A DNA stretch of 63,874 bases, the filler included, from Octopus bimaculoides (taxonomy: Eukaryota), in assembly GCF_001194135.2 (NCBI RefSeq). It is 5 parts of 5 records of this genome, joined end to end, with 100 filler letters (N's around TTAATTAATTAA, not from the genome) between each part and the next. Parts side by side here need not be neighbours in the genome. Positions count along the whole stretch, not along the records: positions 62,870 to 63,874 come from NW_026418991.1; 4 more parts are not named here. One strand, 5' to 3'. The translations under genes were made by a program, and so were the position numbers. Positions 62,770 through 63,874 of this stretch are shown in pieces (position 1 is the stretch's first letter; the number at the start of each line of letters is the position of its first letter). The notes beneath the pieces are model-generated. The model was not told the origin of the DNA. It did not search any database and saw nothing but the letters and a program-made list of their open reading frames with translations.

Positions 62770-62869
62770 NNNNNNNNNNNNNNNNNNNNNNNNNNNNNNN
62801 NNNNNNNNNNNNNTTAATTAATTAANNNNNNNNNNNNNNNNNNNNNNNNNNNNNNNNNNNNNNNNNNNN
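62770..62869. other. Artificial scaffold linker
   Basis: 44 N + TTAATTAATTAA (62814-62825) + 44 N. Confidence 0.95.
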
Positions 62870-63554
62870 AGTTAGGGTTAGGATTAGTGTTACGGTTACG
62901 GTTTTAGGGTCAGGGTTAGCGTTTTAGGATTAGGTTTTAGGGTTAGTGTTAGGATTAGGTTTAGGATTAGGGTTGGGTAATCGTGCGGGTGTTAATCTGA
63001 AAAATTACAGATATGTGAAAAGTACTGACCCTGCCATCTATTATAACTTTTGTTGTTCTGTTTAATATATACATAGATTATGCCTCCAAACAAGAGAGTT
63101 TGCTGGGGAAAGAAAGCAACCGTTTTAAAATGACAGCAACAGACTGCAGCAATTCACCACATTCCAGAAGCTACTTTGAACATAATGCAAAATGGTGCAT
63201 CAACATCTTCTGCCCAATCTGATAGAATTCTAGCAAAACTGTGTAGCAACAGATCGCCAGCAATTGCTTCAACAAAAATTGCCGTCTTAGCTCCTGCGAA
63301 AAGAGATTACCCTGCTATGTATAATCAGGGCAGCGCAAAAAGTTGTTTGCACAAGCATTTGTATAGCCAATTAGACGGATGAAATTTACGTACGCTTAAT
63401 AATTTTACGCAAAACAGCCTTCAGACTTTCCCTATTAATTTCATCGTCTTTTGAATTATGAACATATTTACATCATAAGGGTTTTTTCGTTGTAAGGCTT
63501 TCTTTTTTAGTTGATTTTCACCTAGCAAAACTCATCGTAATGTTATACTGCTAG
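62870..63554 (+). mobile_element. Non-autonomous Helitron-like element, copy 2
   Basis: TTAGGG-like array at 62870-62978, shared body, and end GTTATACTG CTAG followed by T (CTAG 63551-63554); the terminal hairpin is deleted. Confidence 0.65.
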
Positions 63555-63874
63555 TATATATATAGAATATGAGTATATGCATATATATGTACATGTATGT
63601 CCATACCTCCATCTACATGTATATATAGATGCATATCTGGGTACATGACGTAGCAAACAAAACATGGACAAAATGATAAACAAGGTACAAAAAACACACA
63701 GGCCACATAGAGGACATATCCTTCATCAGCTGCCACCATTATAACACTGGCGTTTCGAAGAGTTAGGGCAGGACGCATCGTTAAAATGGCTCTTATCTAT
63801 ATACATACATGTGTATGTGTGAGAGTGTTTGTGTGTGTGCGTTGTGTATGTACACACACACACACACACACACA

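Noticed and set aside
5542-63554. The two Helitron-like copies as inverted ends of one 58-kb composite element
   Set aside because: Four artificial linkers lie between them, both ends are 3' ends, and two copies of an abundant family in 64 kb is unremarkable.
63700-63770. Hammerhead from CTGATGA and CGAAAC on the minus strand
   Set aside because: The core elements are in an order and spacing that I could not fold with consistent stems.

Overview
This is not a prokaryotic locus. It is AT-rich, gapped eukaryotic draft-assembly DNA made almost entirely of transposable-element remnants and microsatellites. The SINE families and repeat landscape look like an octopus genome (inference from recognition, not a database hit). 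I find no intact protein-coding gene; most listed ORFs run through N gaps or microsatellites. Supported elements: one full-length decayed Gypsy (Mag-like) LTR retrotransposon (26718-31269, TSD TATGC); six R4/Dong-type LINE fragments; Penelope-like (PLE) remnants; two decayed Helitron RepHel regions plus two copies of a non-autonomous Helitron-like element with telomere-like repeats; hAT (Buster), MULE, mariner and maT/DD37D remnants; and three tRNA-derived SINE families. Four 100-bp TTAATTAATTAA linkers mark artificial joins, so order across them is uncertain. The most interesting signals: (1) a 362-bp tandem repeat whose units each contain a decayed but reconstructable type I hammerhead ribozyme, resembling a non-LTR retrozyme (39453-40157); (2) dispersed minimal hammerhead-like motifs with a recurrent non-A at core position 6 in PLE-type terminal repeats; (3) a CpG-depleted 27-kb block suggesting a methylated gene body. 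Coordinates of decayed elements are approximate, and all alignments and folds were done by eye.
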